60,857 nucleotides of DNA, filler included, from Nemertoderma westbladi (GCA_032718475.1; 3 parts of 3 records of this genome joined end to end with filler, not necessarily neighbours in it); one strand, 5' to 3'. Counted from the whole stretch's first letter, positions 36,008 to 48,700 are shown. The notes: generated by a model not told the origin, from the letters alone. Translations and numbers: made by a program.

Positions 36008-38307
36008 TGTTAAACTAGCGCGTCACCTATACTAACAGCAGAACTGTTGAACAGACAAATACCCGTATACTTCTCTGCCAACCTAATGAGTTCCCGCCTA
36101 ACCAATAAGGCACCAAGACTGCTCTACTGTTAAATAAAGGCGATCAGGAGCGTGCTATTACTAAATTGTAGGGCTGCTAAATACAAAACTGCTACTTACC
36201 GTTGGATGGCGTTAATCTGCCGTCCGCTAATATATTTTACTAAATTTACACGGCTCCTGCAAATTCGCTTGTTCCTTTCTCTACCGATCGCTCGACAGAG
36301 AGCTAACTGTTCGAATCTATGAGCCACGCGGGAATAACCAAAACAATAAACCCTAGTCGGCTCCCTAAGCTTACTTAAGACGAGTGTGAGAGGCTCTACA
36401 CTCAGAGTATATTCTTACGCCTAATTTTACTACTGTTGAAGTACGCCAATGCCTATGTCTTTTCTAATCGCGAATACTGGGGGTTCCCTAACGGAATGTG
36501 TGAATGCGAGAATATTTAAAATAATCAAATAATGGTACAGTACGATGTCTTTCGTGGGTAATACCGCTCCGGGTCTAAACTTGCCTGCGGCTGGCTTTAG
36601 GCCAGCAATTTACTAATGCGTGTTGCGTATTGAATACTGCGATCTAGCTTATTGCCCGCTAATTCAAATAACCGCTCAGCGTGAATAGTTTACAGTACTC
36701 TAAATTATTACCTTAGCTACTCTCCGCTATGCTGCGTACTAATTCTTAATTTTACTAATTAATTACAGTCACAAATATGTAACAGCGTACTAATTACTAA
36801 GAGTTCCAGAATGCGTAATTCTAATTTATTACACAACAGGTTTCACTAGTAACAGCCTAAAATACTGTATTACTTTGACCTAATCAGTAATCATTTATTG
36901 TAAACTAAGAAATAGAAATCAATCAAAGAGAAAAGGGGCGCCTACCTAAGCATTCGTAATCATAGGCACACTTCAGTAACACACCAATCAGCGTCAGCAA
37001 TCACAGATCACAATAGTACAACTTGCAATTATACAATCCGCAATTATATAATTCGCCATGCAACTCGCTATTGTAAAGCACGCAGGCCTCTCCCGGGTAC
37101 ATCTAAGGCTTCCTAACTAACTAACCCAATTCCTGCCCCCTTAATACTACAAAATAGAGACAAAATCTGGATCATCAGCCCCCTAATTGCCGTACCAGCA
37201 AATGGTCTGCCCGCTACAACGCAAGTTGCCCGACCACAACAGTGACCCCCCGCCAGCTTTGCCCGCCTTTGAATCCTCCGCACTCCCTTAGTCGCTAAAC
37301 CCCCCGATGCGCCCACCGCCTACCGGTACCTTAGCCCTCCATCAAGATGAATAGCTACCGTAGCGGCGCATGCAAATCACAAGTCTGCCAGTCTCAGAAA
37401 ATCCCGTAGGATTATTGCGTCGAAATGAATTACATAGAACCATTAACAAAAGAGGTAGAAATCATAGTTCCGATTGTAATTAGCAGTAATCGTTGGGATT
37501 GATTGAGAAACACAAGTGAGAATAGTAGCACTAACGAATCATTCCAAGAAATTAATCGAAAAAGTAGAAATGCAGAAAATACACACAAATTATACTCCTA
37601 AACTTAATGGCACTAAATATGTCTGAGTGAGTTGCTGCTGTGAGAAAGAGAATAGATAATATCGCTCTACCGGCAAACCGCCAATTTATAGGTGATCCGA
37701 GAAGGGTGATGCAATCGCTCTCTCATTGGCTCTCCAATTTAGCGCTAGCATTAGACCAACCTGGAAGCAGTTAGTCCAATAAGAAAGCCGGATTGTGGCC
37801 TTATTGCTCCCCAAACCCACAAAACGTCACCATATAAGGTAATTTTGCCGATGCTTAATTTAGCGGTAGTAATAACATGATGCACAAAAGTTAATTTAGC
37901 GCGATTATAAAGAAATCAGACCCGTGATAGCTAGCCCATCAAGGCTAATAACAGCAAGCCCGAAATCCAGGGTCCAACTGAACTTGCTACCCTGGAACTA
38001 TCTACTTATATCATATTACAAAATTACATAGGTAGGGCTACATACTATACAAAATGGATGAGTTCAAAATATATGGGCGTTTCAATTTCCTTATCTAAAT
38101 GTCACTGCGCTATTATGTCTTATCTAAAATATCATACTGCATAACGGACTAATATTGCGTACAGTATAACGGACTAATATATTATACTGTATAATGAACC
38201 AATATATTATACTGTATAATGGCTAATAATGTGTACTGCATAATAACTAATATCGTGTATACAGTACAACGGCTAACAATGTGGATACAGCGCCATATAC
38301 CGTAACA
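36008..38307 (-). mobile_element. 3' LTR of the BEL/Pao element (2300 bp, TGTTA...TAACA)
   Basis: A short purine-rich tract GGAGCGG directly precedes TGTTACGG at 38307. The LTR ends TTTAACA at 36008 against the satellite. CCAAT lies at about 37728 and TATAAA at about 37688 on the minus strand, with repeats of about 28 bp in U3 (38135-38290). The partner LTR is not available to confirm the ends. Confidence 0.75.
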
Positions 38308-39603
38308 CCGCTCCAAGGGAAATCATACAATGTTTCCCTCCAACTGTAGAAGAGTATAAGGCGATGTATACAAACAAAATAAATTTCTTTCAAATAATCT
38401 AAAATACTTGATACTATAAATTCTACTATTTACAAATATTGCCAAAGATATTGCATAATGGAATTGCATACAAATTAAATTTACCAAATATTATCTCTCA
38501 CTGTTTAACGATAATTACATACAAATTAAATTTACAAAATATTGTTTCTCGTTCGTTCTTACATAATGATTACTACATACAAAATTAAATTTACAAAAAT
38601 ATTACTTCCTTTATTTATTTACAAATTGACGGTCTACCTATTGAAATGGAACATGGCTAGGACAATGTCCCCCATTTCCCATCTCAAATTAATGATCAAC
38701 ATTAACAAGATAAACTAAATATAAACGTATTTGAGGCTAAATTTTTAACTAAATTGCATTAAAGGCCGATAATCAAATTAAATATAAAATACATAATAAT
38801 TTCTTTCATTTTCGGACTTTACTTAATTTCTTATAAAAACGCAAATCATCTTGGTTTGACGATTGCTCAGGTAAGTGAAAGGAGTAAGCCAAACCCGCGG
38901 GTTTGTCTCCCCAATCACTTCCTTTGCCTCTTTCAATAAACTTTAGAGCAAATAAAGTCATAAACACAAAATCAAATATAGTATAAAGTATTTACTATTT
39001 CCAACGGACTACAAAGTTAAAGTATTTCCTTTCAATATTTTTCGGCCTTCGAAAATAAAACTCTAAAATATGGATACGACTAGTGTATATGAGTCCAGTC
39101 GAATGATTGATCAAAACCTACGATATACATCAGAGCGACGATGATGTATATGTCTAGAGTTTGTCGGTCTGTGATATTATAGTCTCATCGGCTAGCTCCT
39201 GGGTCTCTCGGGCTCGCTCCTCTCGTTTGTCCCCTCTCCAGATACACCAGTCTACCCCCTGTAGACTCTGTTGACGGCGTTCTTGAGGCGTCACTTCCCG
39301 GAACCGGCGACGACGTTCCCTGGGCACCGACTATCTCCCGACTGGTGCTCCTCCCTCGGCCTCGTCCCATTTGCCGTGTCCCTGTGGGCGCCTCCGCCAA
39401 CTCCTCTTTCTTCAACTATAGAATGGAACTGCTCGTCCTTGGCTTGACGCTTGCCAAGGACTCCTCCTTCTGGTCCTTGCCGCGAGCTGTGAGCTCCGGC
39501 TGTTGTCGCTGTGGGTGCGGCGGTCCTGATCCTAAAGGCGTTCAGAGGTCAATGACCCCAAACGAGTCTCCTTAGGCCGCCAATTGTGCGCTGGGTAATA
39601 AAT

Positions 39604-40592
39604 CTAGACGTATATACCAGAGCGACGATGATATATAAAGGATTGGACATATTCGGGCTTAATAATGCATTCGTCGAAACTTCCCGAAATAATTTGGAGT
39701 AAATATCGTATAAATCGCGGATCGTGGGTATAGTTAGTAGACGGATGGACGGTGCGAATCTCGTCTGGATACTCAGGCATGAGCTTCCTCTCCTGGTGAA
39801 GCGAAGTGAATGTGGTCCAGGAACTCGAGTCCCGTGCCGCTTTGCGCCGCACCTCTATGTCCTTATAGGCTCGGTATAGCGAAATGGCCGCCGCCGTGTC
39901 TATCAAAGTGGGTGTCGAACAGGTTTAATCTCCGTATATGGATCTAAAGTCGTAACGGTCGGCGTAATGGGTCTTGGAGGTCGCTTTCCGCTGAAGTCGA
40001 TACTGATAATCGGGTTGCTCATTGGGTATCCTCCCTCGTTATATCTAAGGAACTGGTGAGCTTGGCATCGCGTTAATATCGGTTCGGGATATTGCTCGTC
40101 CAATCGGTCGTGAATCGCCACGTCTTGTTTGTTCATGCATTCACCACACTTGTAAAACAACTTGTACACGCTGAAGATTTTCGGCGTCTCCTGATCCTCG
40201 CCTTGAGTCCTCCGGTACAGATGCATTCCGTCGAACTGATCTCGGACTGCAGGTAGAGGTTCTTCATATCGTAAATACATGTTCATATGGTACAGCTGCG
40301 CGATCTCCTCGTCCGGGTCTGCACTAATGTCACATACGTCTAAAGCGAAATCGTAGGGATACCGAGTGCGATACTCTCTCCGCAAAACTTCCATACGGTC
40401 CCCCAACGCTCTCATTCTTTCCCTCCTTAATTCCTTATCATACGCGGGTTTATACCTTCCATTTAGCTCCATCACCGACCTCCCATGGTAGTAAACATTC
40501 GAATCTTTACATCCCGGTCGCGCGAATGGTAACTCCGCCTCCTCTCTAGCAGTAAATCTTCTCCGCGGTTGCGCTCTAATTTCCTTCTCCAT
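39604..40592 (-). CDS. Extra ORF of the BEL element between pol and the 3' LTR, unknown function (about 330 aa if one frameshift near 39905 is repaired)
   Basis: ORFs 39903..40622 (first ATG at 40592) and 39604..39906 overlap. They are on the same strand as gag-pol and have globular composition with a CGEC...CQAH motif. Confidence 0.65.
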
Positions 40593-41345
40593 TATGCGCC
40601 GTGTATATACATATATATCCAATAAGTGCCGTTACGTAACCATTTACACTATGGGTAAATCAGTTAGATGTCATCGAAAGACAGACCTCCCGAACCCCCC
40701 CACTGCCTTCCAGCGGTTCAGGTTCGACTCTCTAGATCCCGTCTCTTCCTAACTATCCTCTAACCTATTCCCATGCATAGCGCAAAAACTTTGGAGATAA
40801 ACTGGCCGTGACCAACTCACTTTTTGATGCCCAAACTACTCCCATTACTCGTACTAAACTACAGTAGTTCGAAAGGACCATAGTCTCAATGCTCGACTAT
40901 ACCAAACCCACAGGTTTGATAATCGAACATCACACTTCACTGCAAACTACTGAGTGGGGTCCGTGTATGCCTCTGGTGCTACTAACCTTTAGCACCCTAG
41001 TTGCACTGTTGGCACCAATCTGTGGAAGTTGCTAAACTCAATTTACACTCCTACGTAATATAGCCGTCACCATGGTTTCTAAATGCTATTTTCCAGGCTT
41101 CACGACTTTCAAATTACTGTATATCTATAGACGAATTCTAAAACGCATCTATACACAGCGTCTGGAATTGTCTTGGGTTCACTTCTAATTTTTTAAAATT
41201 TTAAATTTTCCAAAAATTTTTGAAAATAAAATTTTGTTTTGATACCTACCAGACAAAACTCAACGCAAATCACCACAACCCCGCTCCTATGCATTTCCTT
41301 GTATTTGCATACGAGGAATGCATACGAAGTGAGTTGCGTCCAACA

Positions 41346-43289
41346 CTAATTCTGTTTTGAGGCAGGAGAGAAATTATAATCTCCCGTCTCGATGCGTGTC
41401 TCCTCTAATGACACGATATCTTGGACCGGTCGGTCCAAGGTGTGTAAACCATTAGTTTTACACTTCTTTGGGCGCGGACACTTGCACCTAATTTTCACAG
41501 TGACTGTGCGCACTATGTTTTGCACGTCTGGGTGTATGTGCAAGATAACTCCTGTCTCCCAGTATTTTCTCTTGACAATTGGTTCGGTTATCAATACATA
41601 ATCTCCTCTTTGGACACTCCGAACCGTTTTGTACCACTTTGTTCTGGTGGATATGGTGGGAAGATAGTTTTCCCGCCAATATTCCCAGAATGTGTACGCA
41701 ATAAACTGTGTCATTTTCCAGCTCTTACGACTATATAGGTCGGCACTAATGGGTTCTGATGCCGGCACAAGAAATGCTGGACTCTGCATTAGCAAATGAT
41801 TCGGCGTTAATGCAACACCGTCTGGCAACATAGCTATCGGCCTCGAGTTTAATGTATGCTCGATTTCGATGAAAGCTGTGACCAGTTCGTCGTCGGTAAG
41901 TTGTTTGTTCACAGGCAACGTTTTAGCAATGGCCTGCTTTACAGAGCGAACTAAACGCTCCCAACTTCCTCCTCTCCAAGGACTTTCTGGAGTATTAAAT
42001 CTCCATTCTACTCTTTGCGGCAAAAGTGCTGCAGAAATTTCCTTATTCTGTGCCGCTTTATGAGCCGCGTTCAACTCGCTATTCCCTCCGACAAAGTTTG
42101 TACCCTTGTCAGAGTAGAACGCCTTTACTAGTCCCCTCCTGGCCATAAATCTCATAAAGGTCAGGAGCAGAGATTTGGTCGACATGTCTGCCACACGCTC
42201 GATGTGTATGGCTCTACTAGCCATGCATGTCAGTAGCAGACCCCATCGTTTGTGGGTCAGCCGTCCACTCTTTGCTTCAATCGGACCAAAACAGTCCACC
42301 CCTGTGTTCGTAAAGGGTGGGTCATATGCCTGCACTCTCGCTTCCGGGAGTTCAGCCATCTCCTGTTCCAATACTCTGGTGTTCACCCTCTTGCAAACCA
42401 GACAGGCGTCATACATAGTGCCTGCTGCCCTGCTTGGCTGCAATAAAATGAATCGCTGTCTCGCTGCCGACAAACAGTGTAACTTTCCCGCGTGATGCAA
42501 CCTCTTATGTATATCCCATAGAATCGCTCTTTGCAATTCTATTGGGTGACTAGGGATTATCACTGGGAACCTAAACTGTGAGTTTATGTCGACAGTCTGG
42601 ATTCTCGATCTATGACAAATTAAACCCTTATGGATTAATGGACTCCATTTTCTAAGGGGTTTATAGAGAACTGGTCGTTGAGCCGATAATAGATAGAATT
42701 CTTTTGGGAAGGCACACATTTGATAGTGCTTCAAATGCTTTAATTCCGCTTGATCAATTTCATCCTCTGTCAGAGGTTGTTTCAATTTCTGAATTCGCTC
42801 ACTATTAGTGCTCGTTTGTTCTCCCAAATATTTCGAATGTTTTAAACAAAGGTACGAAATGTATCGGCTTAACCACGCAGTTCTTTTATAAATTGTCAGC
42901 CAAGAGGCAGACGAATTTAGTAATTTGTCATAAATACTACATGGCTCTAATGCCAGCGACGGTTGTCCACTAACTAATGGAAGTTTCGAATCCAAACCCG
43001 CAGGTTTGGAAACCAAAGGCTCCATTGTGTCGGTCATTTTCTGTCCGTCACTTACCAACTGTGACTCTGGTTTAGTCTGTAAGGGTGGTTTTACGTCATA
43101 ACTTACCCTTCCGGACCTAGTCGTCACATAAGTCTGTTGGTCTGACAGGTCTCCAGGCCGCTCCAATGACTCTTCAGGCCGCTCCAATGACTCTTCAGGC
43201 CGCTCCAATGACTCGAGTTTGGCTTTAGACTTTGACTTAGAGACTTTCTCCACTTTGACTTCTGCATCTTCAGGCATCGGATTGGTCAC
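41346..43289 (-). CDS. BEL/Pao integrase region (HHCC zinc finger, DDE core, DUF5641-type C-terminus)
   Basis: IHKRLHH...CLVC, MAELPEARV, TGVDCFGP, SDKGTNF, GGSWERLV, LTPNHLL, FWEYWRENYL, RTKW. Confidence 0.95.
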   Translation of the reverse strand: MTNPMPEDAEVKVEKVSKSKSKAKLESLERPEESLERPEESLERPGDLSDQQTYVTTRSGRVSYDVKPPLQTKPESQLVSDGQKMTDTMEPLVSKPAGLDSKLPLVSGQPSLALEPCSIYDKLLNSSASWLTIYKRTAWLSRYISYLCLKHSKYLGEQTSTNSERIQKLKQPLTEDEIDQAELKHLKHYQMCAFPKEFYLLSAQRPVLYKPLRKWSPLIHKGLICHRSRIQTVDINSQFRFPVIIPSHPIELQRAILWDIHKRLHHAGKLHCLSAARQRFILLQPSRAAGTMYDACLVCKRVNTRVLEQEMAELPEARVQAYDPPFTNTGVDCFGPIEAKSGRLTHKRWGLLLTCMASRAIHIERVADMSTKSLLLTFMRFMARRGLVKAFYSDKGTNFVGGNSELNAAHKAAQNKEISAALLPQRVEWRFNTPESPWRGGSWERLVRSVKQAIAKTLPVNKQLTDDELVTAFIEIEHTLNSRPIAMLPDGVALTPNHLLMQSPAFLVPASEPISADLYSRKSWKMTQFIAYTFWEYWRENYLPTISTRTKWYKTVRSVQRGDYVLITEPIVKRKYWETGVILHIHPDVQNIVRTVTVKIRCKCPRPKKCKTNGLHTLDRPVQDIVSLEETRIETGDYNFSPASKQN

Positions 43290-43298
43290 TATCTTTAG

Positions 43299-44236
43299 TC
43301 ACTCTGGCCAATGTTCCTGTGTCCTCGTTAGAAAAACAGGTCCATGCAACCAAAACTCCTGGGACTCTTCCTGACAGAATTCCGCCGGCATTGCACCTCT
43401 CGAAGTTATGTCGGCCGGGTTTAACACTCCCGGACAATGTCTCCATTGTTCCTTCATCGAAAAGTCAACGATCTGAGCGCGTCTGTTGGCCACAAATGTC
43501 TTTAGTGCAATATTGTCAGCCGCAATGTATACTAACCCAAGGATGCGTCCGTCCAATAGAATAAGGTCAATGTTGTGTCTAACTCCTCAGTTATCTGCTT
43601 ACTTACCTCGACTGAAACTACAGCCGCCTGTAACTCTGCACGAGGGACAGTCATGTATTTGACCGGCATTGTCTTTGATCTAGAAGTCACAAAGGCCGTC
43701 TCAAACTTGTCCTGACTTACCTCTCGGCGAAGGTAGGCCACCATACCAAAGCCGGTGTCACTTGCGTCACTAAATAAGTGGAGTTCGAGATCAGCTGGGA
43801 ATACCAGCTGATTCGGAAAGTAGGAACGGGGTACATCTATATTTTTCAATAGATGTAACTCGGCTTCCCACTCCCTCCACTGCTTTGCATGTATAGGAGA
43901 TATTGGTTCATCCCACTCTATGTCGGACAACCAAATTTTCCTCATGCACGCTCGTGCCTGTAATATTACCGGACTGATAAAGTTCATCGGGTCAAATAGT
44001 CTACTCAAAGTCGATAAGCAAATTCTCATTGTCAAAACTTTGTCTGGGCTACTGGGCTCAAATCTAACTCTTACCTGGAACTTATCTGTATTCGGATTCC
44101 AAGCGAGTCCCAGTACTCGCGCCATGGGGATTGGTTCTACCCCCAATTCGATGTCTCCGCTCCCGCGATCCTTTACCGGGAACGACTCTAGTAGGGCCTC
44201 CGAATTCGTAGTGAACTTGGTCAGAGGAAATCCCAC
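43299..44236 (-). pseudogene. BEL/Pao RT thumb and RNase H (Peptidase_A17 region), frameshifted
   Basis: RVLGLAW, LFDPMNFISP, LHLFSDAS, TVPRAELQAA, YWTD, FVANR, NPADITSRG. Confidence 0.93.
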
Positions 44237-45729
44237 TCCTGCAGGCCGTGAGCCACTTCTATGGCTTGTTCCGCTGTGTCCTTGGACACCAATCCGTCGT
44301 CCATGTAGAAGTTTCTCAAGATGGACTCGATCACTTCTACTGGATACTTACCAATCTGGGCTGTTGCCGTTTTCTTTAAAACAAACAGCGTGCCATTTGG
44401 GCTATCGCGGGCGCCAAATATCCTAACGTACATCTGGTATGTAACCATTGGGCCGGATAAGTCTTTATTCTCATACAAGAGAAAGCGAAAGCTATCCTGG
44501 TCTGCCTTACAGGCTCTTACCTGGTGGAACATCGCCTCGATGTCACAAGTAAATGCGAATCGCCGCTGTCTAAAACGTAACAGTATTCCAATCAAATAAT
44601 TGTTCAGGTTGGGACCATCCATCAACTCTGAATTCAGGGACATACCTCTATAGACTGCTGCGCAGTCGCTGACGACTCGGACTTTGTCTGGTTTGTCAGG
44701 GTGAGTCACATAGTGGTGTGGAAGGTAATAAGTCTGGTCTGTCACTAAGTCAGGGTCCTCTACCTTCCCAGCAAATCCCTTGGCGATATAGTTGTTGATC
44801 TGGGCACAATACTTCTCCCTAATGTCCGGATTCCTTAACAACTGAGCCCTTACTCCGTTCAATCTTTTCAAGGCTAAGTTGTAGTTGTTCTCCAACTTAG
44901 GAGGTTGTCGATGCCACAACATTCCAACTTCAAAATGTCCAGTCGGTAGTAGACGTATGGTGTCTTCCATCATCTCCAGCGACCGTTTCTCATCAGTAGA
45001 CATGGTTAGGTCATATCCACCGGGTTCCATTGCGTCCCTATCCAGCCATTCGACGGTTCTGGCTCCTGTCTCAAGGTCCTGGCGTATCAATTCCTTCTGC
45101 AATTCCTCCTCACTGTATTGGAAAATATCTAGGTCTTGATATTTAGCCACTTGACCCTCCACTATGTTGGTATAAGTCAAAACGTTACTCAAATAGGTAG
45201 CGTGGGCCGCTGAACCAGACCCACGGGTCTGATAACAGTAGTCCTCGGGTTCACTATCTGTCCGGTCATTGTGAAGTGGTTCTGACAACCTAACATTATC
45301 GGGAATCAACTCCTCGTCCGACTCGCTAAAGTCACTATAGTGGTCAATACAGGTCCTCCTAAACTCGTCTATGTCTGGTGGTTCTACTAACGGTGGTTGA
45401 GTTATAGGCTGTAATTCGTCGTATCTGTCTATTGGCTTGTCGCCACCTGTGAACTCATAAGACATGGGTACTCTTGTATACCAACCTAATATAGTCCTAT
45501 GGGCATGTGGTCCATTGACATGCTGCTCAGCTGGTCTCGTTTCCCATATTTGGTGTGCGATCAGCTGTTCTGCACCAATCAACATAGAAACATTCCTATA
45601 ACCTACCTGATGTCTGGGTATTCTGAGCTTGTCAAAATACTCCTGTGCTATGGGACTCATCGGCGGCACCTTACCTAACTGCCTGCCGAATCCCTTCATA
45701 GCTAGACACTTGAATCCGTCTAATGGCAA
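44221..45729 (-). pseudogene. BEL/Pao protease C-terminal part and reverse transcriptase, frameshifted
   Basis: MLIGA, TILGW, YYLPHH, KVRVVSDC, SLNSELMDGP, DIEAMFHQV, FGARDSP, FYMDDG. Confidence 0.95.
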
Positions 45730-45782
45730 AGCTTTCCGTTCTTGTCGAGTATGTTGGTCTCTTGGAAGTAGGGAATCTAGTT

Positions 45783-48700
45783 CTAGTGTCCCTTGAGGTC
45801 ACCTACCCCATGCATAGACTTCAACTCTATTTGGATCTCCTCGGCGTCCTGGAAGCTAGAAACGGCTCTCGCCACTTCCTCGTCGATATAAGATAATGTG
45901 GACGCAGTGTCCAACATCACATATATTCGCTTTGATCCCTTATCACCGGTAAGTTTCACCGGAATCACGCTAAATATTTCCGACGTGGCCGATGATAGAT
46001 ACGTCCGCGCGCTGGTCGATGAACTATCCGCGGTGAAACCTTGGCAGGTCACTTCTCTCGCGCTCGACTCGCCATCCTCATCCGACGAACCTGGTTGGTA
46101 ACCATCGTCCTGAATGCCGGTGAACGTATTTCTCCTTATCGATACGGGTTCTTTGCTCCCCTTCCTGTGAGGATTTCGCTGTAAGTAACGGTCCGTTGGG
46201 GTATGGAAATCCGCATGTAGCAACTTGTGATGTAGTCTGCCGCATTCCATGCATCCGTCCTTGCTGTTCGGGCACTGCCGCCGTACATGACCTGGCGCAA
46301 GACATGCCCAACAGGTGTCCAATGTCTGCACTTGAACTCTTCTCTGTTCCGAATTTAATTCTTTGAACCGTCTGCAACTATCTAACTTATGGTCGTCAGA
46401 TCTTACCTCCTTTAGTAAACAGTATTGGCAACCTACAAATCCATCCGGCAACTCCTGTTGCTTTAACCTAGGTCTATCTGACCGCTCACCTGACCATACT
46501 CGCGAGTCTGATCTAAAGGTTGGGGTACTCGAATTATATCTGTCTACTAAGCTATAAGTCACAGTGGTCCTGTCATCGTCAAAACTTACCATAGACTTAC
46601 CGGTAACAGGTTTAGACTCTCTCATATTCTCCTCTGAGAAGTTTGATTTCATCTCTGCTACTGCGTCTGTGGCTATCATGTCATGAATATGCTGAAGTGT
46701 CAATACTTTACCTTGGCCTTCCAACTTATTCTCTAATTTGCGCCATTTCTGTCGGTAACGCATGTTTAGACGTCTTATTACGCTCTTTAAAACTTCGGCG
46801 TGATCACCATGATGAGGTAGATTCACCGTCCTCAAGATGTCCAATGCGTTCGAAATAGCGTTCGCTAAGTTCAACAGCTCTAACGGAGTTGTAATCCTTC
46901 CGCCCTTACCCAAGTCTTCTACTATCGACTGTGCCATCTTGGTTTTATTCCCGTAGATGTCACTAAGCGTCTTCATTGCTAACTCGAATGCTCTTTCATT
47001 GCCGACGAAGTTGTCAGCAATGACTCTAGGTTCTCGATGGAGCATCTGAAGCAAATAGTTGAACTTCTCGTTGGGAGTAAAGGTGCTGTTGGTTAGCTGT
47101 TCGTCGACATAGGTTTTAAAAGTACTCCAGTGCTTGTGGTTACCCATAAACTTCTGGGGTTGTTGCGTCGGCAGTCCTTGCCTAGCAGCAAACTTACCTA
47201 AGTCCCTAAGGGTTGCGTCGTTCCGGGTTAACAAATGGTTTAGTTCCGCAGGGTTATTAAGTCTGTTCCTTTCCCGGGGATTGAAACTTACCTGCTCCGC
47301 GTCGGTCCTTCTTTCCTTATAGTTTCGGGACTTCTGACGTCTCATGTCTTCCTCGTCATCCCTTGACTCGGTGTCAGTCCTTAGCGCTCGCGTTGGTTTG
47401 CGCGCCGAGGCCCTGATCCAAGCATCTTGTATAAATTTCTCGGCCGAATTTTCGAAATTGGGATTATGGATAGTCGGGACAGGCTTCCTTACCTGAGGTC
47501 TATGTGGTATAGTCTCCTCCGATATGCGTACTCGTTGACTAGGCTGGACTTTATCTAACTCAGGCCTGCTAGGATTAGAATTATTTCTTACCTGGGCTGC
47601 TTCCTTTAACCGTGGGTTGCTAAGCATATCTGTTATAGGTTGGATGTGCGGCGATATAGCTTGCACTAAACTAGCACTCAACTCATCCCTCGTAATAAAT
47701 TCCTGGCTCGGGTTCTGTTGTATAGTCGGCTCTATCTGAGTAATCCGCTGTCTCTCATATGATCCCTCTTCCGGTTTAACCCGGAAGTTCTCCGTCGAAC
47801 TGGGTCGGCGCTCCGTCCGCGTATTCCAAACCCGCGTGTTCGGTTCGCCAAATACTCGGCCCGTCGGAGTTTCTTTAAACTCATCGTCGTTCTCGCGTTC
47901 GGTATGTAGTGGTGCGGTGTTCTGATGCCGTGGATTCTGTGCGATAGGTGAAGCACTAATACCAACTGGCGTGCGATATGTAGAGAACGGTTTAGCGATC
48001 CGTGTACTTGTAATAGCTGGACCGGGTATAGGAATTCTGGTCGTCGACGACTCGCGTATGGTCGGAGTTCTCGCTTCCTGTTCGGCCTTCTGCAGTGCGA
48101 ACAGTTCTCGCAACGCAGTCCCTACACTCGCCCCGCATTCTTCGATCATTCGCATCCCCTTCTCGGCGATTTCATTCGCCTTCCTAGTCCGTTCTTCGCT
48201 CTCTAAACTTAATCTCGCACTTTCCAACTGCGCCAGTTTACGTTCTTCTTCTTCCCTCGCTCGTTACGCTGCGCTCTCTTCTTCCACATGCGCCTTTTCT
48301 TCATACAATGCGCGTCTTCTTTTCTCGATCTCGAGTTCGCGTTCCTTGCGTTCGCGTTCGAGTTGAAGCTCGCGTTCCTTCTGTTCACGTTCGAGTTTCT
48401 TGCGCTCGCGTTCGAGTTGAAGTTCGCGTTCGAGTTGAAGTTCGCGTTCTCTCTGTTCGCGTTCGAGTTCCTTGCGCTCGCGCTCGGCTTGAAGCTCGCG
48501 TTCCTTTTGCTCGCGTTCTGCTCGTTCGCGCTTACTTATGTCCTCCAACTCTCGTAGCTCTGCGTCCAACTTACGTGTGCGCTCCCGTTCCCGCTCGGCT
48601 TCCTTCCGTGCTTCTGATGCACGCAAAACTTCCGCCTGTTGTTCGTCCAGTCGGCGTCTTCTCTCCTCCGCTGAGTTGTGAGAAACAAGGGATCTAGCAC

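Noticed and set aside
39604-40622. env gene
   Set aside because: No signal peptide, hydrophobic transmembrane segment or Cys-rich ectodomain pattern is visible.
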